In this document: in pieces, positions 51,801 through 64,000 of the stretch
How the letters are laid out: each line of letters starts with the position of its first letter
How positions within the stretch are numbered: position 1 is the stretch's first letter
Source of the DNA: Balanoglossus misakiensis
Lineage: Eukaryota; Animalia; Hemichordata
NCBI GenBank assembly: GCA_040954595.2
Contig: CM082577.2
Location: 2,790,001 to 2,854,000 of the forward strand
DNA length: 64,000 bases
Reading direction: 5' to 3'
Translations under genes and position numbers: made by a program
The notes under the pieces: generated by a model
Database searches by the model: none
What the model was told of the DNA's origin: nothing
The model's input: only the letters and a program-made list of their open reading frames with translations

Positions 51801-54800
51801 TTAGACTCACAATTGCTTCTAATTTCCAAAAATACTTCAAGAAAATTTGTTTTTGAATCCCCCAGCCTGAATTTTACAAACAAACAATTTGGTAAAATGA
51901 CATTATCACATTCTTTGTTGATATTTTGTTGAGATTGTACAATCTGCTTAGAAGTACGGTACATGTATATGAACCTTGGACAGGAAGCTTCTGCAAACAG
52001 TGCTGGTGCCTCCACTGTATTCAGGGCCAGGATAGGAATTATGAAACCATGCACTGCCGAGTATAGGGGTTGATAATTCTGTAACAGTAGACTTCGCTCA
52101 AATACATAAACTATTGTCCTGCTTAATTACAAACAAGTTTGTTTATTCTTATTCATGATCGATGACTTGATTGTATAATTGTATTTCACTAAACTTTTGT
52201 TATGAATAGATATGTCACTTGTTTGATATCTTATGTTAAACAAAGTAAATATTTACACTGGGTAAATTTATGACAATTGTGCCCTAGATGTCAAAATGTT
52301 GTTACAGAATGTTGACATATTTACATTTATTAATACATTTATGCTGATAGGGGAGTATAGGCTAAACCTTTGGAGCATCCAAGGAAAATTGCTAAATAGG
52401 GTTCTAGGATGACTACCCCCTGGACATAGAGTTTGGATCTATCTCTAACCCTATATTACTATAACTTGTAGGTGGTTAATTTTCAGGGGGGGGGGGGTTA
52501 CTCAAAACAGGGGGTGGACGATACAACTGTAAAAGTATTTCAATCAATTTTTATGAAATCTCGCGAGATTATAAGTGACAGTTTCATGGCAGATATGTGG
52601 CGCATTGTGTGTCAGGGTTCGGGGGGAGGGGTTTAAGAAAAAAAAATGTACCAACTTGGGGAAGCTTTCAGGGGACTTATACATGCAGATGAATTCAAAT
52701 TTACATTTATCAGTAATTCATGCATGGGGTTGGACTCTATAGAGGGATACAAACATGTTTTCTTCAGGTCCCACACTGATACTACTCAACTTCTGCACAG
52801 TTCTGTCAAATTGTGCTAAGATTTATCTTTCAGCATTTGAACCATGACCAATTTACACTCAGCTGTGCCAACATGCATGTTTTTGCTGCATTTGTTTTCA
52901 AAACTGGTTCAAATTTATTTAGAATCCTGCAGGTAAAAAATTGAAACATAAAGTGTCAGATTTTGTATGTCCCCCCAAACTTGATTATTTGTGGTGCAAA
53001 TTTCTTAAAACTTCCCTTACATGTTGGGTAATAAGTGGACAGGTTAGAATTAAGGTACTACCCATGGTTAAGTGTCAAGATGTTTGTTTTAACGCGAGAG
53101 TTTTATGGTAAAATTATTATTGAGAAAATGTGTCTATTTTTGATGTGTTTACCTTGCACTGCACGTTACAATTAAGGAATGCAAAACTGGCAGTCTATAA
53201 AATGAGTCATTTGCGGTACAGGAAAAATCCATAATGATTAAACGCTGTTATGCTACACAAAGAGGAACTACTTGGTATAAATGTTAAGGAGTGAAACCTT
53301 AGTATCACTTAATCTTATCACTGCAAAGCAACCTTGCCCATATTTGGTGATAGGGTCTTTTCCATTGATCCATTTATAATTTGCATTTGCAAAGTTATTT
53401 CGATTCAAAATAACCAATGAAAGGCTGGACAAACACAAGCTGGTATTATTTTGTATTAGTTCGAATTACAGGTAACTCTGCCATATCTGCACTCAGTGAC
53501 TTATTTTATATCAGAATGCAGCCATTACTGGTTATCAAAAGATTCTCAGTCTAAAATATTTATATAATTGTGATATTCATCAAGTGTGCAGTTAATTTGA
53601 GTTCAAAAGCAGTTGTGTTGCACAGATTTGACTACGGTTGTTAAAGAAGAAAGTGAAAGTGCAGTTGTCTATTCCATCCCACGTGTCACGATCATGCTGT
53701 GCACGTGTTGACTGCGTGTATTTTGGGAGACGCTCACAGTTCTTTCATAATTGTTATGCCAGACAGTCCAGTTGGAGGTGTTTAAATTAATATTGACAAT
53801 GTACTTTTTGTGCCAACAAAATTTCACTGTTAGATATCACTGCCTTGAAGCATGCACTGATCGAATCAGATACACAACATTACAGTTTCATTTATAGCTT
53901 TCAGATAGTTTTTAGGTACGTGATATATTACATGGAATATGATATAACCAAGCTGTTTAAAGTACACTGCCATTTAAAGCTTTTTCCCTGTTTCCTTTCC
54001 AAATGACAAAATCAATCCCACCAACATATATCTGTACATGTAACAAATACATTGTCCTCGAAACATCTAACAAACATGACAGTGAAGATTATTTAGGTGA
54101 ATTTCCACTGAGATGAATTCCACGAAAATGTTTGTCATATTGAGTTACATATGCACAGACGGAGAAATGAGGAAAATCCTCTGGAAAATGTTTGATGATA
54201 AAGATATAGAGCGCCCTCACACAGTTATAATTTTTAGGAGAGATGTAGTATTGTTATAGTGGGATACAAATTGTTAACGTTTTTTGAGACAAAGCTGCCA
54301 ATTATTTATTTTCTTAAATGACAATGACATTTAATTGATAGCACATTGACGTATGAGATATGGATATAAATGATGAAAGCATTCATCTTTTCCAAGAAAT
54401 GCAATCATATCAGGCAATTGAAGAAGTCAAGTATAAAAGAGAAATTGATGGTTACAGAAGCTTTTGAAGTACGCTATTTTTTCTCTGTGAATAAGTGTCT
54501 TCGTTCATTTCAAAATTATTTTCCTGTGTTTGTGCAGTTTTTACAAAAAATCACTGAGTATTCATCTGGTGTACATGGCAATTGAATTTGTGTAGTGGTA
54601 CACTGCGGCCATTTAAAAGAATGTATACACATACTTATTTTTTGATGTTTTGCCCTTTGACTTTTTGCGACTGTTAATTTACAGGAAGGCTAATTTTAGT
54701 TTTCAGTAGAAATTACACAAAAATATAAAGGATTGTCGGAAATAGGAAGATGTTGAACGTGACAAAGTAGAGGTTGAAAATGATCACCTTGGCTCAAAAG

Positions 54801-56559
54801 AGCCTTATTATTCCTCATCAAGTAACACAGATAGTGGGGTTTTCCTGGAAGGATTTGATTCCTCAGGGAATATCCATGGAAAATTGTGCTAGAAATGATA
54901 GAACAATTTCAATTCTCTCTCAGTAGTAAAATATGTCATGATTAAACCCTGATGACTTAATTGTCATATTCCCACAAAACAGCGAAACTTACCTGACGAT
55001 AAATCAAAAATTGTTCTTGTTACAAAAATATGAACTAGGGACTATATATCCTTGAGCAGAACATCAATTTCCCAAGATTGACAGCTGCGTGTATAAATTC
55101 CTAGAATGCAGGAAACATGACTCTGTTGTCCTGTGGGTATTAGCTATCAAGGTAAATTGAATGTCATTGATAAAAAAAAAACTTCGACCAGCTGTTTTGT
55201 TTTCTGACACGTCATACCTCCCACTGAGGGGAAGTTAAAAATCATCTTTTATCTGCAAATACAATTCCTATTTAATTTTTAGATGTATATAATGCTTTGT
55301 AACTTTCAGTATGCGCAGGGCTGCAGGCAGCTGTGTTGAACATATCAGACATACCCCAAGGATACAATCATCCACCTTGTTCATGCAGCCAGTATACCTC
55401 TTTTCGTCATGGCTACATAGATCTTTACATGTGTCAATTGCTCAGAAGGGCTTTTTAGCCTTCGGAGATAAAACTTAATTCAAAGAAAAGGAAACCTTTA
55501 TAGCAGGCATGCATTACTGGGATATGTCTGTGATCAGCAATTTCAGTGTCTTGTTCCAGGAATTTACGTGCGAAGATGCATGTACATGAACCCATCAGGG
55601 ATGTAGGTAGATCTGTGTCAACTGTATGGTTTGTAAACATGATCCCACAACTTGTTTTGCTCTAAGACAAATACCTTGAGAGAGATGCTTTGATCCTATT
55701 AGCATGCACTTTATTTAGGAAATTTAAAATATACATTACTTTTCATTACTCGCTGTAAGTACATTGTACTTGTCATTAAAATGTCTAGAGTGTAGACACT
55801 GTTGCTATGGCGATCTAGTTACCATGGGTTTTTTCCTCAACTCCAATTTCATCCACTAGATAAAAGCTCTGCATGAAGTAAACATATTTGGAAATGCCTA
55901 CTTTGTGTATGAATCAGCGGCGTTTCCATGGCAGCCTCATCTTTGTGATTTCATGACGATCATTATCCGAGACCCATAGGACATCTGAGTGTACCCTATA
56001 CATACTCTTATTCTAACGATCATGTGGTGATTGCTTTTTTTTAGCACAGTCATCCAGGTAAATCTATGAAATTCGCTAGATGTCAACTTTCCATGGTACA
56101 TGTAACTGTGACTATACTATATATGTATTTGCATAGGGACCATACACATTTAAATGGCAATTACCGTATGCATTATTTTTGTTTAAAATGCTTCACAATC
56201 AATGGTATTTTTGATAGCATAAACAGCCAGCTCAATTCTTCACGAGTGTTAATGTTGGTTTTTATTATTTTTTCGAAAACTTTCTAGGAACTTTACAGAA
56301 GTGGTTTCAAATTCTGACGATTTTTCAGAGCGTACATGTACAAACCCTGTTTATCATATAGAGGCAGGTCCACACCAAATGTAACAAATTTCATTATATT
56401 ACAGGGTCTTGCACATACTTCCATTCTCAAAGGACAACACAACAAATTTTTAATAATGATAGGTAATTTAATGATCAACCCAACTGAGAGGTACATTAGC
56501 ATAATTTACATTACTTTAATATTCACCATTATCAATGATTCAATACAATACAATGTTTA

Positions 56560-56871
56560 AGCAATAAAACACCCCCAGCCATGGTATACCACGAGATTTT
56601 GACCAGTTCACGACATATACGCACGAGCGATAGCGAGTGCGTATATGGAGTTGAACTGGTCAAAATCGAGTGGTATACCATGGCTGGGGGTGTTTTATTG
56701 CTATTATATTATGCCAGTATATTGAAACTTGGCATAAAACATTTTAAAAAGGCATTTTCTTTGACTATGATATATGACTGTGGTATATGGCTAATATATC
56801 ACGGTCACGTGTCGTGTCTCGACCAATCAAATAGCGTGATTTACACCATCAATATACTGGTATAATATAAT
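56560..56871. mobile_element. Double-palindrome repeat element (143-bp hairpin plus adjacent 23-bp TIR pair)
   Basis: agcaataaaacacccccagccatggtatacc...ggtataccatggctgggggtgttttattgct (56560-56702); ATTATATTATGCCAGTATATTGA 56703-56725 / TCAATATACTGGTATAATATAAT 56849-56871. Confidence 0.65.
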
Positions 56872-58738
56872 GAGATTTATATGACATGCTATGATACACT
56901 GGCAAATTAAAAGACAACAAATCTACTGAGAGACAAAAATTTGATAGTAAACACAAACATGGACAGCACATTTCAGAAATAGTGTGTTGGACAAAAGCGT
57001 ATATTTTGTTTCAAGCAAAAATTCACCATATGAACTGTAATATCAGGGAATGATAAGATGTAAACTTTGCCTACATTGAAATTAAAACTGACTGCCTTAT
57101 ACTGCGTGACTGGAAGAAACTGAATTGTGTTGAATAAAAAATATTGACTGAAGTACACACAAACCGGTGATGTCGCTGAAGTACACACAAAATGGTGATG
57201 TCACATTCAAAGTTTGTTTTAAAGAATGGAAGGAACTGAAAGAATTACATTTTTTGTCTGAAATACTTTATGATAATCTGAAACATAAATACGTCAGGTG
57301 TATACTGTGTCACTGTCATACAATCACTCAAAGGCAGTGTTTGGTCTTGTGCTTTGGTGTCCCTGTACTTTCACTGGATGAGCATAGTAGACATAAACAA
57401 GAAAGGGTCTCAGTGGAATACTAAAGATTTTTAGGGGAGAGACTGTAACTTGCTCGGTATTATCAAGATCTGCCATTTTGAAAATTTCTGTTTGTTGAAA
57501 TTGTGATAATTATCAGTCACCTCCGTGGCCCAACGGTTGCACAAATAACGATAGTTCGCGGCTCTGAGAATATTAAAATTGTGAAATGTTTATAAAGTAA
57601 TAACACCCAAAAATCTATAAAAAAAACAGCCTCATAAGCATTGCACGAATCTTCTTGCAGTGTTGCGAATTTGTACGAAAAAACTGCTTCTTCTAATGTC
57701 TGAACCGCTGTCGGTCACCAGCCCCATGCATAAAGTGTACCATTACATTTTCTGCAAAAATCTAACTACGGGGGAAAATCACTCGTACACATTTTGAATT
57801 TTCATATACAATGTATAACAATGACCTGATGGGTTATTTGGTTTATCTCTGCATGACAGCACAAGATTTTCCTGATCATGTTTTTTTCAGTTGATAAATT
57901 GTTCTTGGAGACATCTGGAGATTAAGTCTATTGCTAGGTTCTTTGTTGAAAGACACTGAAACATCACATACAGTAGATTTATGACAGCATTCTAAAAATA
58001 TAATCTAGACACAAAGATTGACAAGAATTTGTTGGCCAAGAAATCGGGGTGGGGGGAACTGTTCCACTGCGTGTGGAAAAACTGATACCTTTTGATAAAC
58101 TGTACAATGATTTTTATATAATATTTTATATACATTACACCTCTAACTGTGGCACAAAATAATGACTCCATCAAGCACAAGAAACACCACAAAGAAATGC
58201 TGACATGTGCGTGAAAACAAAAATGTAGACAGGCACTATCGCAGTCGTTGTGTGAAAACTGCACGTTCCTTACGCCACTCCGATGACCTGCCAAAACCAA
58301 TGATTGCACCCATGTGACATCTGTCACGTAAACAATGGTTTTAACTGATCACTGTACTTTCAGGGTCAGTTGCCCTTTGACATCTGACCTCTGACAATGC
58401 TGACCTCTGAGCTGCACATTCCCACCAGCTGGGATTGTCCACAGTACAGAATATGTTGTATGAAATCAGTGGCATATTTTGTCAGCAAGAATAACAGCTG
58501 CTTTGTTCTATTATCAGTCGCTGAAATGTAACAAAAACAGAGACTGATATTATACCTGTCATCTACTTCATGCTGTGACAAGAGATATATAGGTTTACTT
58601 ATTAACAGTTATACAGTCCTCAGAAAGAAAAAATATTACAAAGTGTTATTGTACATAGTACGTTTAGCTTGGACTTAGTCAATCGGTCATTGCACATTTC
58701 TTTGGCGTTTTTTCTCCCGCTAAGAATTGTCTTTTTGA

Positions 58739-59997
58739 TCATGTGGTTAACATCTCTGCTTCGGTTTGTACACATTCTGCATCTTCTGTTGAGACCAGCG
58801 AGTCCTCCTGACCATTGCTCCCTTCTGCAGGGTCAGGGTCAGCAGCGCCCTCAACGTAGCTTTCAGGCAGAGGATCTTGAACGCGACCGTCACCGCCTTC
58901 AGTTTCCTCTGCCTGCTGGTCAGTCAAGGTCGATTGGTCTGAGTCAACGTCCATCCCGCCTGCTGTTTCCGTGCTGTGATCGTGGGGATCCGGCATGTCT
59001 GTCTCGAGGAAATCGCTGGAATGATCCGACTCGATCTCTCGCGTGCTGACGCTGCTGCTGTCCATGGTTTCTCCTGCGTCGTACGATTCTCCATCAAGTT
59101 TGCTGTCGTCAATCACATCCTCGGCCGCCATGTACCCCGCCGTTTGCCCGAATCCCTGAGCGCCTTCTATGGGGGCATCTCTGAAAGACTCCTCCTGGTC
59201 ACCGTCTGGATGTGGCTCCTCGCAATCGCTAATTCTGCCGGCCGCCACTGCCCTTCCCGGCGACTGACTCGGCCAGTGTTGCCACCCGTCCTGGATTCCG
59301 ACGGCCAACCTGTCGTCGTCCGTGGGGCTCGTACTGCTCACGGTTGTCGTGACGTTGAAGCTGGTCATTTCGATTCCGTCCGTGTCCGTATAACTTTTCT
59401 TCTCCTTGTGTTTGAACCGTGTCAGCGAGTCCTTCGCAATGTCCGTTATCCGGCTTTTCCCGGGCGAGGAAGAGGCCTTGGCGTTGGTCGGGGTCACGTC
59501 GATCTGCGCCTGCGACTTTCCGAAGCCGAGTCTCTGGGCGTTGGCCTCGCTGCCATGGGCGTGTGCGTTTGTGGCCTCGGACCCGGCTGACGCGTTGCTC
59601 AAGCTTCGAACCCTCTCTGTGGACGTCGGGGGCAGTATCTTCGGGGAGCCGCACTCGGCTTCAAGTTCCTGAGACCGTCCCTCGGCGAGAAGCGACGTTG
59701 GTGGCTCTTTGGCGGGCGACAGGCTGGGAGACATGGCCGCGCTCTCCGACTCGTGAATTTGCTGTGGACTTGTTGGTGCTTCTGCGGCCGCAGGCACCTG
59801 TCCCGAGGCGCCTGCATGTTGCATTCCGGGCGTGGCAGGGGCTCTGTTGAAAACAAAAGCAGACGGCGAGGTCGCCTCTTGAGCCTGCTCGACCTCTGGT
59901 GAAGCCGACACTGTTGCTTGCTGCACGTAACCATGGGCGGAGGCTGAGTGAGACGGCGACGGTCGGACTGGCACGGGGGCTGACATCCTCCTAACAC
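58739..59997 (-). CDS. CLEC16A: CLEC16A terminal exon, long acidic/Ser-Pro-rich disordered tail
   Basis: ttttttcag acceptor at 59999-59998; phase 1 continues into ORF 58739..59986; TGA at 58741-58739. Confidence 0.85.
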
Positions 59998-62980
59998 CTG
60001 AAAAAATTGCATATCAGATAAAAACAATCAACCAATATACACAAAAGTCAACTGAGTACTTGATTAAATTTCACACTATACATCCATGAATGGTTTCCAA
60101 ATTCCGGGATTTTCCGTGAGCATTTCAAACCCCGTAGTAGCACTTGCTTACCTCCTATGCTGCTGGCTGGAACTTGTCGCACAAACTCCACCGACTGCTG
60201 CTGGGACGATGCAAACGCTGACTTTCTGGCTGCTTGATCTGGCTGCTGTTGCTGCTGCTGACCAGGTAGTCTGCAAAGACATGAGTGAAGATTGTGTGAC
60301 AATTAGCCGTCTCTGTAGACAAGTCAAGCATGTGTCACTTTCTGAAAATTTCATCTTGCATTGAACACTTCAAACGTACCTTCTAAATCCTTGTTCCGAG
60401 TACGCACGGAATGGCGGAGGCTGCTGCACAGCGCTGGCCGGCACAGCCATTCCGGGGTGTGAAGAGACTTGCTGCAGGGGTCCTGGATAGGTCGGTGTCT
60501 GGGGTGTGCTTGCGTGTTGCATGGGCAAGTCCAGCAGGGCTCCGATACATTCCATCTTGCGCTGTCGTGCTCTTGTGCGACCTGTGGCAGAAAACCCAAA
60601 CGTTTTAATGTGGTTTATTTACCATAGTGGAATTTTTGATTAGTGTTTTAATCTGCCAGTGTTTTTTATCCAGGATGTCACAATATTGTTGGTCTAAAAT
60701 GAATTTGAACAGAGGTAAATAATGTGGAAACTACAGAACTTTCTGTACTGAAATTTCGGCGGGAAAGTGTCAACAACAGAAGTTGTAGCCGCAAGTACAG
60801 TTACAGCAATGTCTGACCTTTGGTTAATCTCTGCTTGGCTGCCATGCATCGGATGTGATCATCAAAGATGAATCTTGCCGCCAGTAATGGAGTCGGCTTC
60901 ACATGGGCGCTGTTTGCTCTTTTGTGAATTGTGACACGCAGGGATCGGCTGTCTTCCTTGTCGCCAGTGACTTCAACATCCTGAAACAAGAAGACAAACT
61001 ACAGTGTGATGCTGTCTGCAATGGTAGGCCAGACCAGAGTCGACTGGCAATCTCACACATGACATCGTTGAAATTTTTTTCTTACTTAAAGTATGAATAT
61101 TTCTAAAAAAATGTTTTTCTGGTGAAACTAAAAGAATACGATCACATACAACATGTATTTTGGTAGTAGAGACAAAATTCTATCAACAGTCCAGGAGGCT
61201 TCAACACAAAAAAATACCAAGACGGCATGGTTCTCATACGCAGACAAACTTTCAGCCTACACAATCGCTCAGACTGCCCATATATGGAGGTTAAAAATCC
61301 TTACTTGTAGAGGACCAGCAAAGGATGCCACACCCCATCCTAACTTCTTGCTATCTGGTTCAACCAGGATGAGTTGCAATGGATCAATCACCAGAAAGCG
61401 GCGTTGTCGTTTTGGCCTGCAAAAAAAATATGGACAGTCACATCTTCAAGAAATAGAGGTTATTAAAGGGGAAATCCGTCGTAGCTGATTTCTACATAAT
61501 TTGGTAGCTTTGATGTCACTCTTTCAGAAAAAAACATATTCGCCATGTATAGGTCGCGCGATTTTTTACAAAATCTAGAGAAAGTTCCAATATGGCGTTT
61601 ACTGTAATTTGAATCATGGGAAAAAAAGCGCCAGGACCAACTTCCGCCCACCTTAGTGTGGGTGATACCATTTTCCGATTGGTGTCACTGCGTCACAAGC
61701 TAAGCGTATTTGCATATTTTCGATGGGTTATAGCTCATGAAAACTGTCAATAGATGACAAATTTTCGACTTTGCTGATGATTGTTTATCAACTGATGCAA
61801 AGAACAAACAATAGCTATGAAAATACGCCTAGTCTGTCGCCCAGTGACACCTATCGGAGAATGGTATCACCCACACCATGGTGGGCGGAAGTTGGTCCTG
61901 GCGCTTTTTTTCCCATGATTCAAATTACAGTAAACGCCATATTGGAAATTCTGCCAACTTTCCCTAGATTTTGTAAAAAATCGCGCGACCTATACATGGC
62001 GAATATGTTTTTTTCTGAAAGAGTGACATCAAAGCTACCAAATTATGTAGAAATCAGCTACAACGGATTTCCCCTTTAACCCACAAAGCGACAACATTTT
62101 AATGAAGATATTTTGTCCTTGCCGTGAAGTACAACCTTGTCACATATACATATCAAGGTGATGAAATACAAACAACTGACGTAAACCCTGCTATTTCCAA
62201 GAACCATGACTCGATAGGGGAAGTGGTTCTGAAGATGTTACGCACGAAATACCCGGTCCTTGGGAGCCATCTATCCCTGCTTTCAATGACACTACACCCC
62301 CCGGAATACATTCGGATAGGAATGTGACATAGGGAAGGATTATCACAGATACTTACGTTGTTACCTTGTCTTTGTGAATCACGGTGCATGCAATGAGATC
62401 TCGGTTATCTGAAAAAGTAAGTGTAAGAAAACAAATCGAGGTGAAAAAAACATATATCAAAAACAATCACATCAGTAAACTGATCCTTTTGGACAATTTT
62501 CTTTCTACTTCAAATTATGTATCTGGTGTTATTCCATGATGAACCTGCTGTCACTGACACTGTACACATGCCATCTGGTTGCCTAGATACAGGGTTACAT
62601 TGGCAGACCTACGTGTAAGCATATTTTATAATGATTGTAATGTACAAATCACAATAATTAACTTGTGAATCCAGATAATTTTTTTTCTTCAAAGTCTTGC
62701 AAAAAATACTCCCAGATCTGCTTGCATTTTTATGCTAACATTACGAGACAGGGATGTTGAGCATCTTTATCAATTTTTATTTTCTCCAAATCCTGCAGAA
62801 ACGCCTACACGTCTGCCTTCAATTTCCCCTGCAGAGCTAATAGGCACAGCGCGACTTACTAAGATCCAACTTGTCTGCGATCCTGACTAGCTCCTCTTGT
62901 TTTGTCAATGGCAGTCTGTTCTCTGCTTCGCCGATCAGCGTCAGCGACAAGTCTCGGAGGAGAAAAAACACCCGTATTGC
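58739..62980 (-). CDS. CLEC16A: CLEC16A/GOP-1/Ema homolog, 3' part (5' end outside window)
   Basis: Exons 62860-62980, 62357-62408, 61305-61416, 60818-60980, 60380-60581, 60152-60270, 58739-59997 splice in frame: AIRVFFLLRDLSLTL...LPLT...LDLNNRDLIACTV...RRFLVIDPLQLILVEPDSKKLGWGVASFAGPLQDVEVTGDKEDSRSL...FIFDDHIRCMAAKQRLTKGRTRARQRKMECIGALLDLP, closely matching the recalled CLEC16A C-terminal domain. Confidence 0.93.
60152..60270 (-). CDS. CLEC16A: CLEC16A exon (Gln-rich)
   Basis: tttgcag acceptor, gtaagc donor; phases 2-1 fit both neighbours. Confidence 0.75.
60380..60581 (-). CDS. CLEC16A: CLEC16A exon
   Basis: GRTRARQRKMECIGALLDLP...; ccacag acceptor, gtacgt donor. Confidence 0.85.
60818..60980 (-). 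CDS. CLEC16A: CLEC16A exon
   Basis: DVEVTGDKEDSRSLRVTIHK...FIFDDHIRCMAAKQRLTK. Confidence 0.92.
61305..61416 (-). CDS. CLEC16A: CLEC16A exon
   Basis: PKRQRRFLVIDPLQLILVEPDSKKLGWGVASFAGPLQ. Confidence 0.92.
61463..62079. mobile_element. Non-autonomous Kolobok-type DNA transposon (MITE) in CLEC16A intron
   Basis: TTAA at 61463-61466 and 62076-62079; termini AGGGGAAATCC...GGATTTCCCCT; ~225-bp near-perfect TIRs (61467-~61690 / ~61852-62075). Confidence 0.85.
62357..62408 (-). CDS. CLEC16A: CLEC16A exon
   Basis: NNRDLIACTVIHKDKVT; tttttcag acceptor, gtaagt donor. Confidence 0.9.
62860..62980 (-). CDS. CLEC16A: CLEC16A exon
   Basis: AIRVFFLLRDLSLTLIGEAENRLPLTKQEELVRIADKLDL; tttcag acceptor, gtaagt donor. 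Confidence 0.92.
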
Positions 62981-64000
62981 CTGAAACAAGAACAGAGATT
63001 ATCCAGGTATATAAAAAAGATACAGATTGTCACATCAATCCTCGTTAAGTGCAAGTGACGTGATTACCTTCCCAGGCTGTTCCGAGAACTGAGAAACCCA
63101 TCTTCCAATTTTCCAAGAATACCGGTGGCGTTTACACGGAAAGGGGATTAAAAGGTGATGATAGCCTTTCTAGACAAAAAAAGCGATTTCACTTCTTGCA
63201 AACAGACGCAAGTTGTCACCATTAAATATCAGAGTTAAATTTATACCGAGCTTTTGCACAGCCAGTCATCCCGTTTAACAAATTACATATTATTCTGATG
63301 TTTGCTTTCAAAAATTACATTTCGATAAAGAAGATGACTTCTCATTGATTTAGCTGCACATGATCCCAATTTTAGAAATCAAGGTCAACATTGCTTTATT
63401 ACCACCATGTTTGTTTTGCTTGATTAAAGAATAAATTTATTGTGTGATACCCAATTTATGGCTTACGTTAGTCAAATCCACATAATTTTTTCAATTATTC
63501 CTAATCAAACATATGGCTGTTATCGAGTGTGCTTGTGTATTCAAATGTCACAGTGCTGTCACTGAGAAAAAACACAATATGGTGGCAGGTGTCGTCCGCA
63601 TGCAAATCAGAATATGTGGGTTTTAGAGTGGATATCTCGAAGCAGTGTATGCGTCATCAAACAGATTAATCTGTCCTGTGCCAGACATGATACGGGTAAA
63701 CATGAATGCAAGGGTGGAGGGCTTTGTTGACATCACTGTCTGATGAAGTGGCTGAGTGTCTGATGAGAGTCTAGTGGTGGGCGGATGCGTTGGGTTGGGC
63801 ACTGCGTTTACTCCGCTGTTTATTTTTGAGAAAATATGTATGCAAGGCAAGGCGGGTCTGATAATACAGTAATCAACAGAAACTTAACACAGGTTGATGC
63901 ATTTATTTTCATTGGATGTGTGGCTTTGTTTGCATTGGTTAAAATCTCAGTGGCATTTGTTCTCATAAGACTGTGAACTCTAGAGGGCGCTATTCAGATC

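Noticed and set aside
21600-58600. Numerous 60-132 aa ORFs in the desert
   Set aside because: AT-rich random composition, no domains, no consistent splice-linked exon chain found.
58669-60027. Several overlapping ORFs of 88-204 aa
   Set aside because: Alternative-frame or antisense shadows of the GC-rich CLEC16A terminal exon.
61463-62079. Two ORFs sharing the peptide RFCKKSRDLYMANMFFSERVTSKLPNYVEISY
   Set aside because: Artefact of the MITE inverted repeats, not duplicated genes.
63740-63770. Two CTGATGA motifs as a possible hammerhead or C/D box RNA
   Set aside because: No stem II followed by GAAA and no terminal stem or box pairing.

Overview
This is AT-rich eukaryotic (metazoan, probably marine invertebrate or lophotrochozoan) genomic DNA with GT-AG spliced genes; there are no operons, CRISPR arrays or rRNA/tRNA genes. 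From left to right: (1) the 3' part of a 12+-exon gene for a secreted-type multidomain protease-inhibitor-like protein (Thr/Val-rich glycosylated module, 4 thyroglobulin type-1 repeats, 2 pacifastin-like repeats, a terminal Cys-rich module), whose introns carry a 5'-truncated Penelope-like retroelement with inverted pLTRs each holding a minimal hammerhead ribozyme, and an L2/CR1-type LINE 3' end; (2) mitochondrial seryl-tRNA synthetase SARS2 (minus strand, intronless CDS); (3) a solitary linker histone H1 with a PL-I/B4-like winged helix and a histone stem-loop; (4) about 9 kb of CpG-rich non-coding DNA leading to an intronless SOCS2/CIS-like gene with STAT, NF-kB, AP-1 and FOX motifs; (5) a ~38 kb gene desert strikingly rich in STAT5-type TTCYNRGAA sites; (6) the 3' part of CLEC16A (minus strand, 7 exons), convergent with the SOCS gene as in the vertebrate CLEC16A-SOCS1 locus, with a Kolobok-type MITE in an intron. 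All calls are by-eye recognition; no database searches were run.
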